From: Thermoanaerobaculia bacterium
Lineage (GTDB): Bacteria > Acidobacteriota > Thermoanaerobaculia > Multivoradales > Multivoraceae
Length of the DNA: 64,000 nt
Reading direction: 5' to 3'
Assembly (NCBI GenBank): GCA_963664405.1
Contig: OY761158.1
Location: 2,304,001-2,368,000, forward strand
Of the stretch, positions 1 to 10,549 are shown piece after piece. A program made the position numbers and the translations under genes. Below the pieces are notes generated by a model. That model made no database searches, was not told the DNA's origin, and saw only the letters and a program-made list of their open reading frames with translations. Every line of letters begins with the position of its first letter. The stretch's first letter is position 1.

Positions 1-1
1 G

Positions 2-2155
2 GCCCTGCGCGAGGCCGACGGCCTCGGATCGTTCCTCGGGGGACGCATCCGTCTCTTCCCCCACCAACTCTACGTTGCGGAGCGGGCCACCCGCAGCGAC
101 CCGGTCCGCTGGCTGCTGGCGGACGAGGTGGGGCTTGGCAAGACCGTGGAATCGTGCTTGATCCTCAACCATCTTCTCCACACTAGACGTGCCGATCGCA
201 TCCTGGTCGTAGCCCCGGAGACCCTGACCGTCCAATGGCTGGGAGAGCTGTGGCGCAAGTACCACCAGGTTTTTGTCCTGCTCGATACGAAGAGGCTCGA
301 GGATGTAGAGAAGGACTACGGAGAGGGATTCAACCCTTTCGATGCTTTCCGTCGCGTCATCGTCAGTCAGGAGCGGCTGGAGTCCACGCCACGGCTCAGT
401 GAAATGGCAGTGGAAGCGGCAGTCGACGTCATGGTCGTCGACGAGGCGCATCACTTGAGACGCCCCCCGGGGCACCCAGGCAATCCTTCTTACCGTGCCG
501 TAGCTCCGATCACGGCTGCCGCTCGGCACGTTCTCCTCCTGACCGCTGTGCCTCTGGAAGACGACGCTCACGGATTCTTCCGTCTCCTTCAGCTCCTTCG
601 CGGGCAGGAGCTAAGCTCCTCGGCAGACTTCGAGGAATACCTTGGCGAGGGTCGTGAGCTACCCCCGTGCACCAGCGCGACCCGCCGGAGAGACATAGGT
701 GGCCTACCCCCTCGTCGCGGCATCCCGGTCGACCTCGCCGACGACGATAGCTGGACCGCCCAGGAGGCCCCGGTCGAGTGGCTGTGCGGGCCCCAGGGGG
801 GAACCCTGAGTGACAGACAGCGGGCCTCCATGATCCTCCGTGCCTTGTCATGGCCGGCGGCATTGGCAAGTGGCGCGAGTCACTCGAGGGACCCCGAGCT
901 CTCCGAGTTGGCGGCCGCCGCAGGGGCATGCGACCCTCGAGTCGCGTGGCTGCGGGTCAGCGCGGCTGCCTGGGAGCGCGCCGATGAGCGGACCCTGGTC
1001 TTCGTTGCGGATCTCGAGACTCTGGAGGCGCTCCGAGAGGCTCTGCGCCAGCGCAGCGGGCTACGGGTTGGAACCTTCCACGAGCAGATGTCGGCCAAGC
1101 AGCGAGACATCGAAGTCGCGCAGTTCCGGCTCGCGGCAGGTCCGTCGATCCTGATCTCCACTGAGTGCGGCGGTGAGGGCAGAAACTTCGAGTTCTGCAC
1201 CCGCTTGGTCCTCTTCGACTTGCCCTGGAACCCGATCGTGGTCGAACAGCGCATCGGCCGTCTCGACCGGATCGGCCGCCGGCAGCCAGTCGAGATCGTC
1301 TACTTTCGCCCGCCCCGAGGTCTCGGCGCCACGGTCACCCGCTTCTACGAACGCCTCGGCCTATTCGAGCGACCCCTTGGCAGCCTCGAGCCCGAGCTGC
1401 GGGGAGTCGAGAAAGCGATCGAGAGTCTGGCGCTTTCGCCGGTGGCCCTTGGCGATCCACGAGAGGGTGACCTCGAGCGGTTACTCGAGGCGGCCCGCGC
1501 GGCTCTGGATCGCATCGAGGGAGCCGCCTACGCCGAGCTTCACCGCGCCCCCTACCGGCCGGAGATGGCAGAAAGCATCCTCGCCAGGGTGCCGGCCGAG
1601 CTCGAGGAGCTGACCCGCAAAGTGGTGTTGGCCGCCTGCCACGAGCTCGGTCTGCAAGTCGAAGAACACCGTGAAGGAGCGCGCCATTGGATAGAGCTCG
1701 ACGCTCGAGCTCGGGTCGAAAGCTTGCCGGGCCTGCCAGGAGAGCACAGCTTTCTCGGCACTTTCTACCGCGAGGAGGCGGTCGAGGATGAGACCATCGA
1801 CTACTTCGCTTCGGGACACCCGCTGGTAGAGGGAATCCTCGCTCACCTCGACGAATCGTCACTGGGGCGAGCAGCCCTGCTCGATGTCTTCGGCGAATCT
1901 GGGGGGAGACAGCTCGGCCTTCTCGCCATCTACAAGAATGGAGGCGGTTTCGAAGCGTTTGCCTTCGACGCCCAAGGTCGAGAGCACCCCGAGTGGAGGC
2001 AGCGTCTCACCGACCCAGAGCTCTCCGCCCCTCGCGTCCGTAGAGACGCCTGGGTAGCGCAGAGTGCCTGGCCGCAGCTGATCACGGCACTCGGCCGGGC
2101 TCTCGAGGGCCGCGGGCGCCCCGAGGCGGTAGCTGCCTTTCGAGCACCCGACTAG
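2..2155 (+). CDS. rapA: RapA/HepA-like SNF2 helicase (5'-truncated by window edge)
   Basis: The frame is open from base 2. Motifs: PHQ...LLADEVGLGKT (Walker A), VDEAHH (DEAH), GGEGRNFEF, LPWNP..EQRIGRLDRIG, and C-terminal HPLV. Confidence 0.85.
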   Translation, partial: ALREADGLGSFLGGRIRLFPHQLYVAERATRSDPVRWLLADEVGLGKTVESCLILNHLLHTRRADRILVVAPETLTVQWLGELWRKYHQVFVLLDTKRLEDVEKDYGEGFNPFDAFRRVIVSQERLESTPRLSEMAVEAAVDVMVVDEAHHLRRPPGHPGNPSYRAVAPITAAARHVLLLTAVPLEDDAHGFFRLLQLLRGQELSSSADFEEYLGEGRELPPCTSATRRRDIGGLPPRRGIPVDLADDDSWTAQEAPVEWLCGPQGGTLSDRQRASMILRALSWPAALASGASHSRDPELSELAAAAGACDPRVAWLRVSAAAWERADERTLVFVADLETLEALREALRQRSGLRVGTFHEQMSAKQRDIEVAQFRLAAGPSILISTECGGEGRNFEFCTRLVLFDLPWNPIVVEQRIGRLDRIGRRQPVEIVYFRPPRGLGATVTRFYERLGLFERPLGSLEPELRGVEKAIESLALSPVALGDPREGDLERLLEAARAALDRIEGAAYAELHRAPYRPEMAESILARVPAELEELTRKVVLAACHELGLQVEEHREGARHWIELDARARVESLPGLPGEHSFLGTFYREEAVEDETIDYFASGHPLVEGILAHLDESSLGRAALLDVFGESGGRQLGLLAIYKNGGGFEAFAFDAQGREHPEWRQRLTDPELSAPRVRRDAWVAQSAWPQLITALGRALEGRGRPEAVAAFRAPD

Positions 2156-2182
2156 CCAGGCGATCCCAATTACTTCCTGCGA

Positions 2183-3328
2183 CTACAATCCATCACTATC
2201 ACCGAGGGTGTAGTGAATGCTGGTGTTCTCGAGGCTGAGGAAGTCCAACGCCTCCGCAGGCAAGCCGTAGTTTCGGTAAACGTTGATGACATTTAGCGGC
2301 TTGGAAAGAAAGCCCTGCGCCCGCAGCACCGCGCTACTGGGGTGATGCATCGGCAGCAGACAGGTCACCGAAGTACACCCTGCGGCAGCCAGTCCTCGAA
2401 CGGCAGCCTCTACTAAGACGGCCGCCACATCTGATCTGCCCGGCAGAGTGAGCAGGTCCGCCAGATACCCCCGGTCCTGATCGACCTTCGTTACCACGTA
2501 GCCGAGAATGGATCCCGCCTCATCCTCGTGCGCCCATACACTGGAGGGCCCACCACGAGGATCGCGATAGCGCCAGTTCAGATGCTCACTGGTGCGGCAC
2601 TGGATCAGATCGAAAGGCTTCGCGGCTTCCTCGAAGAAAGAGTCGAATCGCCCATCGAAGCGCTGGATAGCCACGATCGCACCCGACGAAGGCCTATCTT
2701 TCCGGCCCCCAGCCAGACTTCGCCACCCTCGAAACGCCCGCAGCCCTAGGGCTACGACTAGCGAAGGAGGGTGAAAACGCTTCTTCGCGCTCCACTGCTC
2801 GGCGAATCGACGGAGGTGTATGGGAAGGATGAACCCTTGCTGTCGATTCCCCACAGCTCGGCCACCGGCGTTGTCACCCCATCGTAATACTGCAGCATGC
2901 GTCGAATCCGAGAAAGTCAGATCATAGGAGTCCTTCAGTGTGGCCGCGAAGTGCTTCAGGAAGGCAGTGGAAACGCCCAACCCCCGATAGTCCTCTCCGA
3001 CGGCGAGGTCGACATAGCGGAGCAGCAGCCCCTCCTGCCCTCGAATCAAGATCCGCTGGGTGAGAAATAAAGTGAACACCGCAATCTCTCCGTTGTGCTC
3101 ACCAACTGCCGCTGCAAGTGGGGTCGCCGGGCTCTCCATCTTCCACCGCAGGTGGTCGGCAAGCGGCACACCTGGGTCGTAGTGCGGCCAGCCGCCGAAG
3201 GCCTGGTGGAGAAACTCGAGAACTCGCGACACCTCCTGCTCGGAGATGTCGGCGCGGTCGAGAAGGCGGAAGCTGAGATCTACTTCGACCTTCTCTGGAG
3301 AGGCGCTCGGCTTGGCGGGGTTCCCCAT
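2183..3328 (-). CDS. GNAT-family N-acetyltransferase (tandem GNAT domains)
   Basis: DLAVGEDYRGLG acetyl-CoA motif; RTSEHLNWRY in the second domain; C-terminal TLGDSD. Confidence 0.7.
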   Translation of the reverse strand: MGNPAKPSASPEKVEVDLSFRLLDRADISEQEVSRVLEFLHQAFGGWPHYDPGVPLADHLRWKMESPATPLAAAVGEHNGEIAVFTLFLTQRILIRGQEGLLLRYVDLAVGEDYRGLGVSTAFLKHFAATLKDSYDLTFSDSTHAAVLRWGDNAGGRAVGNRQQGFILPIHLRRFAEQWSAKKRFHPPSLVVALGLRAFRGWRSLAGGRKDRPSSGAIVAIQRFDGRFDSFFEEAAKPFDLIQCRTSEHLNWRYRDPRGGPSSVWAHEDEAGSILGYVVTKVDQDRGYLADLLTLPGRSDVAAVLVEAAVRGLAAAGCTSVTCLLPMHHPSSAVLRAQGFLSKPLNVINVYRNYGLPAEALDFLSLENTSIHYTLGDSDGL

Positions 3329-3395
3329 CTCTCTTCAGGGGCAATGATAGGGCATCGCCGACGGAGAGCGGTAGCCGAGGCGGTGTCACGTCAGC

Positions 3396-4052
3396 TCAAG
3401 CCGTTACAGAAGCTCTATTCTCCCTGAGGGCAATCATCGGACACCAGGGGTCTTCTTCGATGTCGAAGCGAGCATCGCCGGCGAGGTATGTAGCGAGCTC
3501 CGGCACTTCAAAGAGCATCACTTCGCCGGCAAAGAGCTCGTCGCACATCTCTGCGCATTCCACAGCTCCGTTCTCGGACACCCACTGGTAGCAGCGGGTG
3601 CGAGTACGACCATCGAGCTTCGCTACCTTCGGCACCTTGGCCCAGGGATAAGCCCGGTAGTCGCGATTCTGGACGTCGAGGATCTTCACCATCAGCTCGG
3701 CGCTCTGCGTGTCGTCCGTTAGTGCCGCGTGCACTCTACCGGCGACTTCCACCGCCCGATCGAGCTCGCCGGTCTCGACCAGTGCGCCGGCGAGCAGGAG
3801 GTGGTAGCTGGTGTTGTCGGGAACACGCTCGAGGGCTCCTTGCCAAAGTTCTACAGCGGCCCAGGGCTCGAACGCCGGATCGAAGTCACGTTCGTCGAGG
3901 AAGTGTTCCCACGAGAACTCGTCGTGACTCTCGAGATGCTTGCGGACCTGGCGGCGGAGACGGCGGATGGCGGACCGGGGCGGCTTTGCCTCTGCGCAAC
4001 CGACCGTCAGCCCGTAACCCATCGAAAGAGAGATCGATGTCTTGGTTTTCAT
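3396..4052 (-). CDS. hypothetical protein with TPR-like helical segment
   Basis: WQGALERVPDNTSYHLLLAGALVETGELDRAVE resembles a TPR. The start is uncertain (4052 or 4070). Confidence 0.5.
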   Translation of the reverse strand: MKTKTSISLSMGYGLTVGCAEAKPPRSAIRRLRRQVRKHLESHDEFSWEHFLDERDFDPAFEPWAAVELWQGALERVPDNTSYHLLLAGALVETGELDRAVEVAGRVHAALTDDTQSAELMVKILDVQNRDYRAYPWAKVPKVAKLDGRTRTRCYQWVSENGAVECAEMCDELFAGEVMLFEVPELATYLAGDARFDIEEDPWCPMIALRENRASVTA

Positions 4053-4097
4053 ACTCAATGAAGACGACATCCGATCTCAGAACCTTGCAGGGGTAGC

Positions 4098-4440
4098 CTA
4101 CGGAAATGATGGCTATCATTTCCTCCGACTACATTACATGGCGCCGAGGACGGCGCATCCAGACTACGGAAATGATGGCTATCATCTCCTCCAACTACAT
4201 TACATGGCGCCGAGGACGGCGCATCCAGACTACGGAAATGATGGCTATCATCTCCTCCAACTACATTACATGGCGCCGAGGACGGCACATCTGGAGCCTA
4301 CGGAAGTGATTGCTATCACTTCCTCCGGCTCTGACTACATGGCGCCGAGGACGGCGCATCTGGAGCCTACGGAAGTGATTGCTATCACTTCCTCCGGCTC
4401 TGACTACATGGCGCCGAGGACGGCGCATTTGAAACTACGG
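4098..4440 (+). repeat. tandem array of five 66-69-bp two-hairpin REP-like units
   Basis: Units start with CTACGG at 4098, 4164, 4230, 4298 and 4367, with a stub at 4435. Each has GGAARTGAT-N4-ATCAYYTCC and ATGGCGCCGAGGACGGCRCAT. Confidence 0.95.
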
Positions 4441-4510
4441 ACGACGCGAAAGCGAGGAACGATCGCGGCTACCGCAGTTCTTATAACCTCAGGTCAGGGA
4501 GCTCGAACGG

Positions 4511-5347
4511 ATGATCGAACGAACCGACAGATTGGCACTGGTGGTCTTGGACGCCGTGGCAGCAATCGACAGCTACGAACAGATCTTCGACTGCCGGGTG
4601 GTAGACGATCGTCCTGACGACGACGCCGGCGCCCGGCGGGTGACCCTACAGTGGGGCCAGGACCAACTCGAGCTCTACCAGCCGACCGGCCCAGGACACG
4701 CGGCGAGCTTTCTCGAGCGCGGCGGCCGAGGCCTGTTCGCGGGAGGCTTTTCGCTGGCAGACCCCGGCGCGCTTGCCGGTCGCCTCGAGAGCGAAGGCCT
4801 GCGCGTTCACGACCAGGGTGAAGAGCGCTACGTCATCTACCCCGACGACCTGGACGGAACCGGAGTCATTCTGTCGAAGGGAGTCGAGCGAGACCGAGTC
4901 GGTCTGAGCGACAAGATCTGGCAGATCACCTATGCCGTGCCCAGCCTGGAGAAAGCAGTCCCTCGATACTCGCGCCTCTTTCGCGTCGAGGACGACTTCA
5001 CCAATATCTACCAGAGCGAAGAGTTCGGTTACGACGCAGCGATCACCTGGTTCGATGCTCGCGACGGCGGCCTGCTCGACAGCCTGGAGTACCTCGAGCC
5101 CACTCGCGAGGACGTTGCTGTGTCACGCTTTCTCCATCGCAACGGGCAGGGCATTTACATGGCCTCGATCGAGACCGACGACACCGCTGAGATTCGGCGA
5201 CGCATCACCTCTACCGGGCCAGGCTGGGACGACCGCCCCTTCGGCGGCTTCATCCATCCTCGCCGCCTGCACGGACTCCTCGTCGCCCTCGTCAGCTACG
5301 AAGAGTGGAACTCGAGAAGGCCGCTCCCTACGGAAGAGCCCGAATAG
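4511..5347 (+). CDS. VOC/glyoxalase-family protein (two VOC repeats)
   Basis: QLELYQPTG..GLF and SLEYLEPT..VSRFLHRNGQGIY..FIHPRRLHGLL, similar to methylmalonyl-CoA epimerase-type VOC proteins. Confidence 0.7.
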   Translation: MIERTDRLALVVLDAVAAIDSYEQIFDCRVVDDRPDDDAGARRVTLQWGQDQLELYQPTGPGHAASFLERGGRGLFAGGFSLADPGALAGRLESEGLRVHDQGEERYVIYPDDLDGTGVILSKGVERDRVGLSDKIWQITYAVPSLEKAVPRYSRLFRVEDDFTNIYQSEEFGYDAAITWFDARDGGLLDSLEYLEPTREDVAVSRFLHRNGQGIYMASIETDDTAEIRRRITSTGPGWDDRPFGGFIHPRRLHGLLVALVSYEEWNSRRPLPTEEPE

Positions 5348-5355
5348 CGGCACGT

Positions 5356-5473
5356 GTCGGCCGCCCAAGTCGGGCGGCCTCCCTACGGAAGTGCTGGGAT
5401 AGCACTTCCTACGGTCGCTTCTTGCTGGCGCCGAGGACGGCGCGCGTCGGCCGCCCAAAGTCGGGCGGCCTCC
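5356..5473 (+). repeat. dispersed composite copy of the two-hairpin repeat flanked by a third hairpin module
   Basis: CCTACGGAAGTGCT-GGGAT-AGCACTTCC ... TGGCGCCGAGGACGGCGC, flanked on both sides by GGCCGCCC-A(A)AGTC-GGGCGGCC. Lies between convergent genes. Confidence 0.85.
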
Positions 5474-5494
5474 AAGCTTCGATCGACCACGATC

Positions 5495-5941
5495 CTACGA
5501 GCAACAGCCGCTCGTCTCCTCCTTCGCCGAGATGGCGGGGCCCGACTCCTCTACCGCGGACTCCGCGAAGAAGGTCTCGGAATCTTCGAGAACCCGATAC
5601 CACTCCCACATCGCGCCGTCGGGGTCGTAGGCGATCACCTTGTTCTGGCGAGCGAAGCAGCAGGTGCCCTTCTGGGCCTCGTGGTCGATTCCTGTCTCCC
5701 GAAGTCTGTCTGTGGCCTCGTCGACCTTCGAGTCATCGAAGACCTCGACGCCGAGATGGTTGAGGCGTTCCGTACCCTCGGTGGCCTCGAACAAGACCAG
5801 CTTCAGAGGTGGCTCGTCGATAGCGAAGTTGGCGTAACCGGGCCTGCGCTTGTTTACTTCGGTACCGAATGCTTTGGTGTAGAAGTCGATCGCTTCGTCG
5901 AGATCACTGACGTTGAGTGCCAACTGTAAACGCATCTTCAT
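5495..5941 (-). CDS. arsI: ArsI/CadI-family VOC protein (C-As lyase-like)
   Basis: QLALNV, PGYANFAIDEPPLKLVL, LNHLGVEV, vicinal TCCFARQ, DPDGAMWEWY and C-terminal CC; next to arsR. Confidence 0.8.
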   Translation of the reverse strand: MKMRLQLALNVSDLDEAIDFYTKAFGTEVNKRRPGYANFAIDEPPLKLVLFEATEGTERLNHLGVEVFDDSKVDEATDRLRETGIDHEAQKGTCCFARQNKVIAYDPDGAMWEWYRVLEDSETFFAESAVEESGPAISAKEETSGCCS

Positions 5942-5961
5942 GTCCTCCGTTATTAATTTCT

Positions 5962-5984
5962 TATTTCTGGAACTATCGAAATAT
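5962..5984. promoter_or_regulatory. putative second ArsR operator upstream of arsI
   Basis: TATTTC-N10-GAAATA inverted repeat. It shares ATTTCT-N7-TCGAAWTAT with the site upstream of arsR. Confidence 0.5.
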
Positions 5985-6024
5985 AACTCGCGACTCTACT
6001 TCCTACCGAACTTCCATGGTTCTC

Positions 6025-6342
6025 CTAGGCTGTGCTCCCTAGACAGATGACCGAGTTGCGGGAGCAGCACTCGGCGTAGAGAAAGTCGAGGATCTCGCTG
6101 AGCGAGTCCGTGCCTGCGCGGTATCGCAGAAAGCGCCCTTCTCGCTCCTGCTCCACCAAGCCCTGATGACGTAGAGCATCGAGATGGTGAGACAGGGTCG
6201 AGGCGGGAATGCCGAGCTCGGCCTGAAGCTCCCCCACCACCAGGCCACCGGGGTGCGCCGCTAAAAGCAGGCGCAGAACACGCAGCCGTGCGCCGTGACC
6301 GAGGGCCGCGAAACGCTGGGCGAGAAGCTCGGGGTCGCTCAT
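6025..6342 (-). CDS. arsR: ArsR/SmtB-family metalloregulator
   Basis: FAALGHGARL...STLSHHL...GLVEQEREGR winged HTH; C-terminal ECCSRNSVIC cysteine cluster. Confidence 0.9.
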   Translation of the reverse strand: MSDPELLAQRFAALGHGARLRVLRLLLAAHPGGLVVGELQAELGIPASTLSHHLDALRHQGLVEQEREGRFLRYRAGTDSLSEILDFLYAECCSRNSVICLGSTA

Positions 6343-6343
6343 T

Positions 6344-6380
6344 ACATTTCTATTATTCTCGAATTATAGAAATGTGTCAA
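6344..6380 (-). promoter_or_regulatory. sigma70 promoter overlapped by palindromic ArsR operator
   Basis: Minus strand TTGACA (6380-6375), 17-nt spacer, AATAAT (6357-6352). Inverted repeat ACATTTCTAT-N12-ATAGAAATGT at 6344-6375. Confidence 0.7.
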
Positions 6381-6469
6381 GGGCAACGAGAACTGCTTTT
6401 CCACGCCCCTGAGAATATTCGGGTGGCACCTAATCGGAGCACCCGGAGCACCCGTGGCAGTTCGGCCTC

Positions 6470-6751
6470 TTAGCGCCCAACCCCTGGCGCACGGGAAGAG
6501 AACAGGGTCTCCTCGATCGGAACGTTCTTCTCGATCTTGTCGATCTCCACCACGGTCTCACCGCTCATCGGGTTGCGCACCATGGTACAGAAGGCGGTCC
6601 GGACGCCTTCGGCCTGGCGATAATCGTCGTAGCTCATGACGGTGGGCACCGCGAAGCCGGCGCTCGCCATGCGGGCGAGGGACCGACCCTTGCCGCCAAC
6701 CGTTTCCAGGGCGTCGTTCTCTGTATCGAGTGCAGTCGTATAGTCGGCCAC
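6470..6751 (-). pseudogene. chimeric remnant: PEP/pyruvate-binding (PPDK-type) N-terminus fused to an unrelated C-terminus
   Basis: VGGKGRSLARMASAGFAVP (PEP-synthase N-terminal motif) runs directly into TVMSYDDYRQAEGV...NVPIEETLF. Confidence 0.6.
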
Positions 6752-6832
6752 GAATCTGTCTCCAACATCGGATGGTGTGAGGGGACTTTGCGGTCGGGAA
6801 GCGAACGAAGAACCGCTACAATGGTCGGACAA

Positions 6833-6898
6833 CGGAACTAGACCAGCGTTTCCAAAGTAGCGCTACGGAACTAGACCAGCGTTTCCAAAGTAGCGCTA
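6833..6898 (+). repeat. 33-bp direct duplication of the MITE left end
   Basis: CGGAACTAGACCAGCGTTTCCAAAGTAGCGCTA at both 6833-6865 and 6866-6898. Confidence 0.95.
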
Positions 6899-7037
6899 CA
6901 TATCTCGGCCCGTTCTGCCCCGCTGGCGGCGTTGCGCCTCCTCGACATATTCCCCAATATGCCTACGTCGGCGCGCCTTGCCAGCGAACAGAATGATCGC
7001 GAGCTATTGTAGCGCGACTTTGGAAACGCTGGTCTAG
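6871..7037 (+). mobile_element. MITE-like palindromic element, copy 1 (167 bp, CTAG termini)
   Basis: Perfect 21-bp terminal inverted repeats CTAGACCAGCGTTTCCAAAGT / ACTTTGGAAACGCTGGTCTAG; homologous inverted copy at 32943-33107. Confidence 0.85.
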
Positions 7038-7060
7038 GACAAGTGGTGCTCGAGGCATAT

Positions 7061-10000
7061 GTGAAGCATTGGACCTCCATCGGCGGTGGCGAGTCCTTTG
7101 CGCGGGGGCTCCGCGTAGCGGGGCTCTTTGCGCTCGTCGGGCTCACTGCCAACGCCGGAGCCCAGCCCGGTTCGTCTTCTATCGATCCGGAAGGCCTCGA
7201 ATTCTTCGAGGCGAAGATCCGACCGGTTCTGGTCGAGAACTGCTACGGGTGCCACAACAGCGCCGACCGGCGGGAGAGCGGCCTTGCCCTCGACTCGAGA
7301 GAGGGCCTCCTTCGCGGGGGCATGAGCGGGCCAGCGATTCGCCCCGGGAACGTCCGCGCCAGCCGCCTGATCAGGGCCATCCGCTCGACCGACCCGGATC
7401 TCCGCATGCCCTTCAAGGAGCCGCGGCTCGAGAGCGAGGTCATCGCCGACATCGAGGCTTGGATCGAGATGGGGGCTCCCGACCCTCGCGATGAACCTCC
7501 CTCCGCCGAGGAGATCGCAGCCTCGACCTCCTGGGAGACCATCCGTGACCGACGCCTCGAGTGGTGGAGCTTCCAGCCGATCGCGAGCCCCGAACCGCCA
7601 CCCATCGAAGACTCGCAATGGTCTCGACACCCGGTGGACCGCTTCATCCGAGCCGACCTCGAAGCGGCCGGGCTCGAGCCGGCGGGCCTAGTCGACCCGG
7701 CGGCCTTCCTCCGACGTCTGAGCTTTCTGATCACAGGCCTGCCGCCGAGCCCGAGCGAGATCGATAATTTCGTGGCCGCCGCCGAGGAAGATCGCCAGGC
7801 CGCGGTCGAAGCGGCGACCGACCGCTATCTGGAGTCGCCAGAGTATGGAGAGCGGTGGGGGCGGCACTGGATGGACTGGATCCGCTATGCCGACTCTTAC
7901 GGTAGCGAGGGCGACCCGCGCATCCCCAACGCCTGGCGCTACCGCGACTATCTGATCCGAGCTCTCAACGCAGACGTTCCCTACGACCAACTGGTACGCG
8001 AGCACCTCGCCGGCGACCTCTTGCCGAAGCCGCGCATCGATGACGAGCTAGGCTTGAACGAGTCGACCCTGGGGGTAGCGCAGTACCGCTTCGTCATCCA
8101 CGGCTTCGGCCCCACCGACGCACTCGATGAGCTGGTGCGCTTCACCGAGAATCAGATCGACGTCGTATCCAAAGCCTTTCTGGGCTTGACCGTGGCCTGC
8201 GCGCGCTGCCACAACCACAAGTTCGACCCGATCAGCCAGAGCGACTTCTACGCCCTCTTCGGCGTCATGGCGAGCAGTCGCCCGGCGATGCTCTCGGTCG
8301 ACAGCGAAGAGCGACAGCAGGCGCACAAAGACGAGCTGCAAGCGCTGAAGCCGAGTATCCGCGCCGCCCTCGCCGAGCGTTGGCTGGCGGCGCTTCCAGA
8401 GCTGGCTCACTTCCTCCTGGACCCGTCGGAAGCCCTTCAGGAAGCCATCGACAACGCCACCAGCGACCACGATCCACTGCACCCCTGGCTACGCCTGCGC
8501 AACGTGCCGCCAGAGGACTTCGCCGCGACCTGGAGCGAGCTCAGGGGCTTCTGGAACGAGAGTCGTCGAGCGCTCGACGACAGAACCAGCGCCGACTATG
8601 AAAGGGACTGGGACCTAAGCGGACCGGACGCGAAGACCTGGTTCCGCCACGGCAACGGCTTGGCCTCGACGCCGAGCCCGCCGGGAGGGTTCCACATCCT
8701 CCCTGAAGGCGATCGGGCCGTCGACGACATCTATCCAGCCGGAATCTATAGCCACGGTCTGTCCTCGAAGCACGCCGCGATTCTCACCTCGCCGCGCTTC
8801 CGAGCGATTGCAGGGGATCTCTATCTGCGCATCGCCGGCGGCGGCCAGGCAGCCGCCCGCTACGTGGTGCAGAACTATCCGCAGCGCGGTGAAGTTTTCC
8901 CCATCGCCAACCTGGAGGACGATCCATCCGAGCGCTGGTACTCCTGGGACCTCTCCTACTGGGAAGGCGACCATCTCTACGTCGAGATGGCGACAGCCGC
9001 GGATCAACCCCTCCATGCCAAAACCGATGTCGAGCGCTCCTGGTTCGGCATCAGCCGAGCGATCGTCGCGGATGTGGGTCAGCCTCCCCCGCGGGACGAG
9101 ATGGCCGAGTTCTACGGAGATCTCTTTGTCGTCGACTCCACCCCCCAAGGTCCGGACGATCTGGCGGAACGCTATCGAGTCGCCCTGAGAACCGCCATCG
9201 AGGCCTGGCGCGACGGCGGCATGAGCGACTCTCAAGCGCGCTTTCTCGGTACCTTCGTGCACCACGATCTGCTACCGACAAGTCTCGCCGACGACACGCG
9301 CCTCGCCACGCTGGTCGCTCAGTATCGGGATATCGAGGCTTCAGTTCCCATACCGACTCGAGCTCCCGGCGTCCTCGAAGGGGACGCCTTCGATCAACCG
9401 CTTTTTCTACGCGGCAACCACAAACAGCCGGGTCCCCCGGTGCCTCGACGATTCCTCGAAGCGATCGACGACGCCCCCTATTCAGCGCCCGACTCGGGGC
9501 GCCTGGCCCTGGCCGAGAGCATCCTCCATCCGGACAATCCCCTGGCCGCGAGAGTGATCGTGAACAGGCTCTGGCACTACCTCTACGGGCACGGCCTGGT
9601 CACAACCACCGACAACTTCGGCAAGATGGGCGAGCAACCCTCGCATCCGGAGCTCCTCGACTATCTGGCGCGCCGCTTCGTCACCGAGGGGTGGTCGCTG
9701 AAAACGATGATCCGCTTTCTGGCGACGACGCGCACCCTGCAGCTGGAGAGCATCGCCGGCCCGCGGGCCGCGGATCGAGATCCAGCAAATCGACTGCTCT
9801 CGCACTCGAACCCCCGCCGACTGGAGGCAGAGGCCATTCGCGACAGCATGCTGAGCGTCGCCGGCCGCCTCGACGCCAGCCGCTTCGGTCCCTCAGTCAT
9901 GGGCAGCTCCAACCGTCGTAGCGTCTACGTCAGCGTCTATCGGAACTCGCTCGAGCCCTTCCTCGATACCTTCGACGCTCCCGACCCGGTATCGACCAAA

Positions 10001-10549
10001 GGGCGGCGCGACACGACTAACGTTCCCGCACACTCGCTGACCCTGATGAACGACCCGTTCGTCCTCGCGCTGGCTCGAGACTTCGCCGACCGTGTCACGG
10101 CCGAGACCGAGGTCGGTGCGGAACGGGTCGAGCGCATGTTCCGCTACGCCCTCGGCCGTCGGGCGAGCGCCGAAGAGACCCAGCTGGCCCTCGATTTCGT
10201 CGAGGCTGCCAAGACCCAGGAGCCCTCGCAGGATGAAGCCGACCACCCGCGACAGGCGGTCCTCGAGCGTGAAGAGCAGATCACCGAGAGAATCGCGATA
10301 CTGCGCAAGCGCCTCTCTGGGCTCTATGTGAGCAAGCCCGAACGGCGCCCCGCCTTTCTCGACGAGGGCTTCGAGCCCGAGGAGATCACAGAGGCTTGGA
10401 TCGAAGAGGCCCTTCCCTACGAGTGGTTGAGAGTCACCCAGCTCCGAGCCGAGCGAGATCAGTACCAGCTCCTGGCCGCGCCCGCCGACGGGTGGGACCA
10501 GCTGGCGCACGCCGTCTTCAACATGAAGGAGTTCATCTATGTCCGTTGA
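7061..10549 (+). CDS. PSD1 / planctomycete cytochrome c domain protein (DUF1549 + DUF1553)
   Basis: Signal peptide; [15 protein letters not shown]; WSFQP; [11 protein letters not shown]; [11 protein letters not shown]; [15 protein letters not shown]; KEFIYVR. Start taken as the GTG after GAGG (alternative 7043). Confidence 0.9.
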   Translation: MKHWTSIGGGESFARGLRVAGLFALVGLTANAGAQPGSSSIDPEGLEFFEAKIRPVLVENCYGCHNSADRRESGLALDSREGLLRGGMSGPAIRPGNVRASRLIRAIRSTDPDLRMPFKEPRLESEVIADIEAWIEMGAPDPRDEPPSAEEIAASTSWETIRDRRLEWWSFQPIASPEPPPIEDSQWSRHPVDRFIRADLEAAGLEPAGLVDPAAFLRRLSFLITGLPPSPSEIDNFVAAAEEDRQAAVEAATDRYLESPEYGERWGRHWMDWIRYADSYGSEGDPRIPNAWRYRDYLIRALNADVPYDQLVREHLAGDLLPKPRIDDELGLNESTLGVAQYRFVIHGFGPTDALDELVRFTENQIDVVSKAFLGLTVACARCHNHKFDPISQSDFYALFGVMASSRPAMLSVDSEERQQAHKDELQALKPSIRAALAERWLAALPELAHFLLDPSEALQEAIDNATSDHDPLHPWLRLRNVPPEDFAATWSELRGFWNESRRALDDRTSADYERDWDLSGPDAKTWFRHGNGLASTPSPPGGFHILPEGDRAVDDIYPAGIYSHGLSSKHAAILTSPRFRAIAGDLYLRIAGGGQAAARYVVQNYPQRGEVFPIANLEDDPSERWYSWDLSYWEGDHLYVEMATAADQPLHAKTDVERSWFGISRAIVADVGQPPPRDEMAEFYGDLFVVDSTPQGPDDLAERYRVALRTAIEAWRDGGMSDSQARFLGTFVHHDLLPTSLADDTRLATLVAQYRDIEASVPIPTRAPGVLEGDAFDQPLFLRGNHKQPGPPVPRRFLEAIDDAPYSAPDSGRLALAESILHPDNPLAARVIVNRLWHYLYGHGLVTTTDNFGKMGEQPSHPELLDYLARRFVTEGWSLKTMIRFLATTRTLQLESIAGPRAADRDPANRLLSHSNPRRLEAEAIRDSMLSVAGRLDASRFGPSVMGSSNRRSVYVSVYRNSLEPFLDTFDAPDPVSTKGRRDTTNVPAHSLTLMNDPFVLALARDFADRVTAETEVGAERVERMFRYALGRRASAEETQLALDFVEAAKTQEPSQDEADHPRQAVLEREEQITERIAILRKRLSGLYVSKPERRPAFLDEGFEPEEITEAWIEEALPYEWLRVTQLRAERDQYQLLAAPADGWDQLAHAVFNMKEFIYVR

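Noticed and set aside
4098-4440. CRISPR array, or the repeat-protein ORF 4042-4617
   Set aside because: The variable segments are duplicated rather than unique. The ORF changes its repeat peptide midway and conservation follows base pairing, so it is non-coding.
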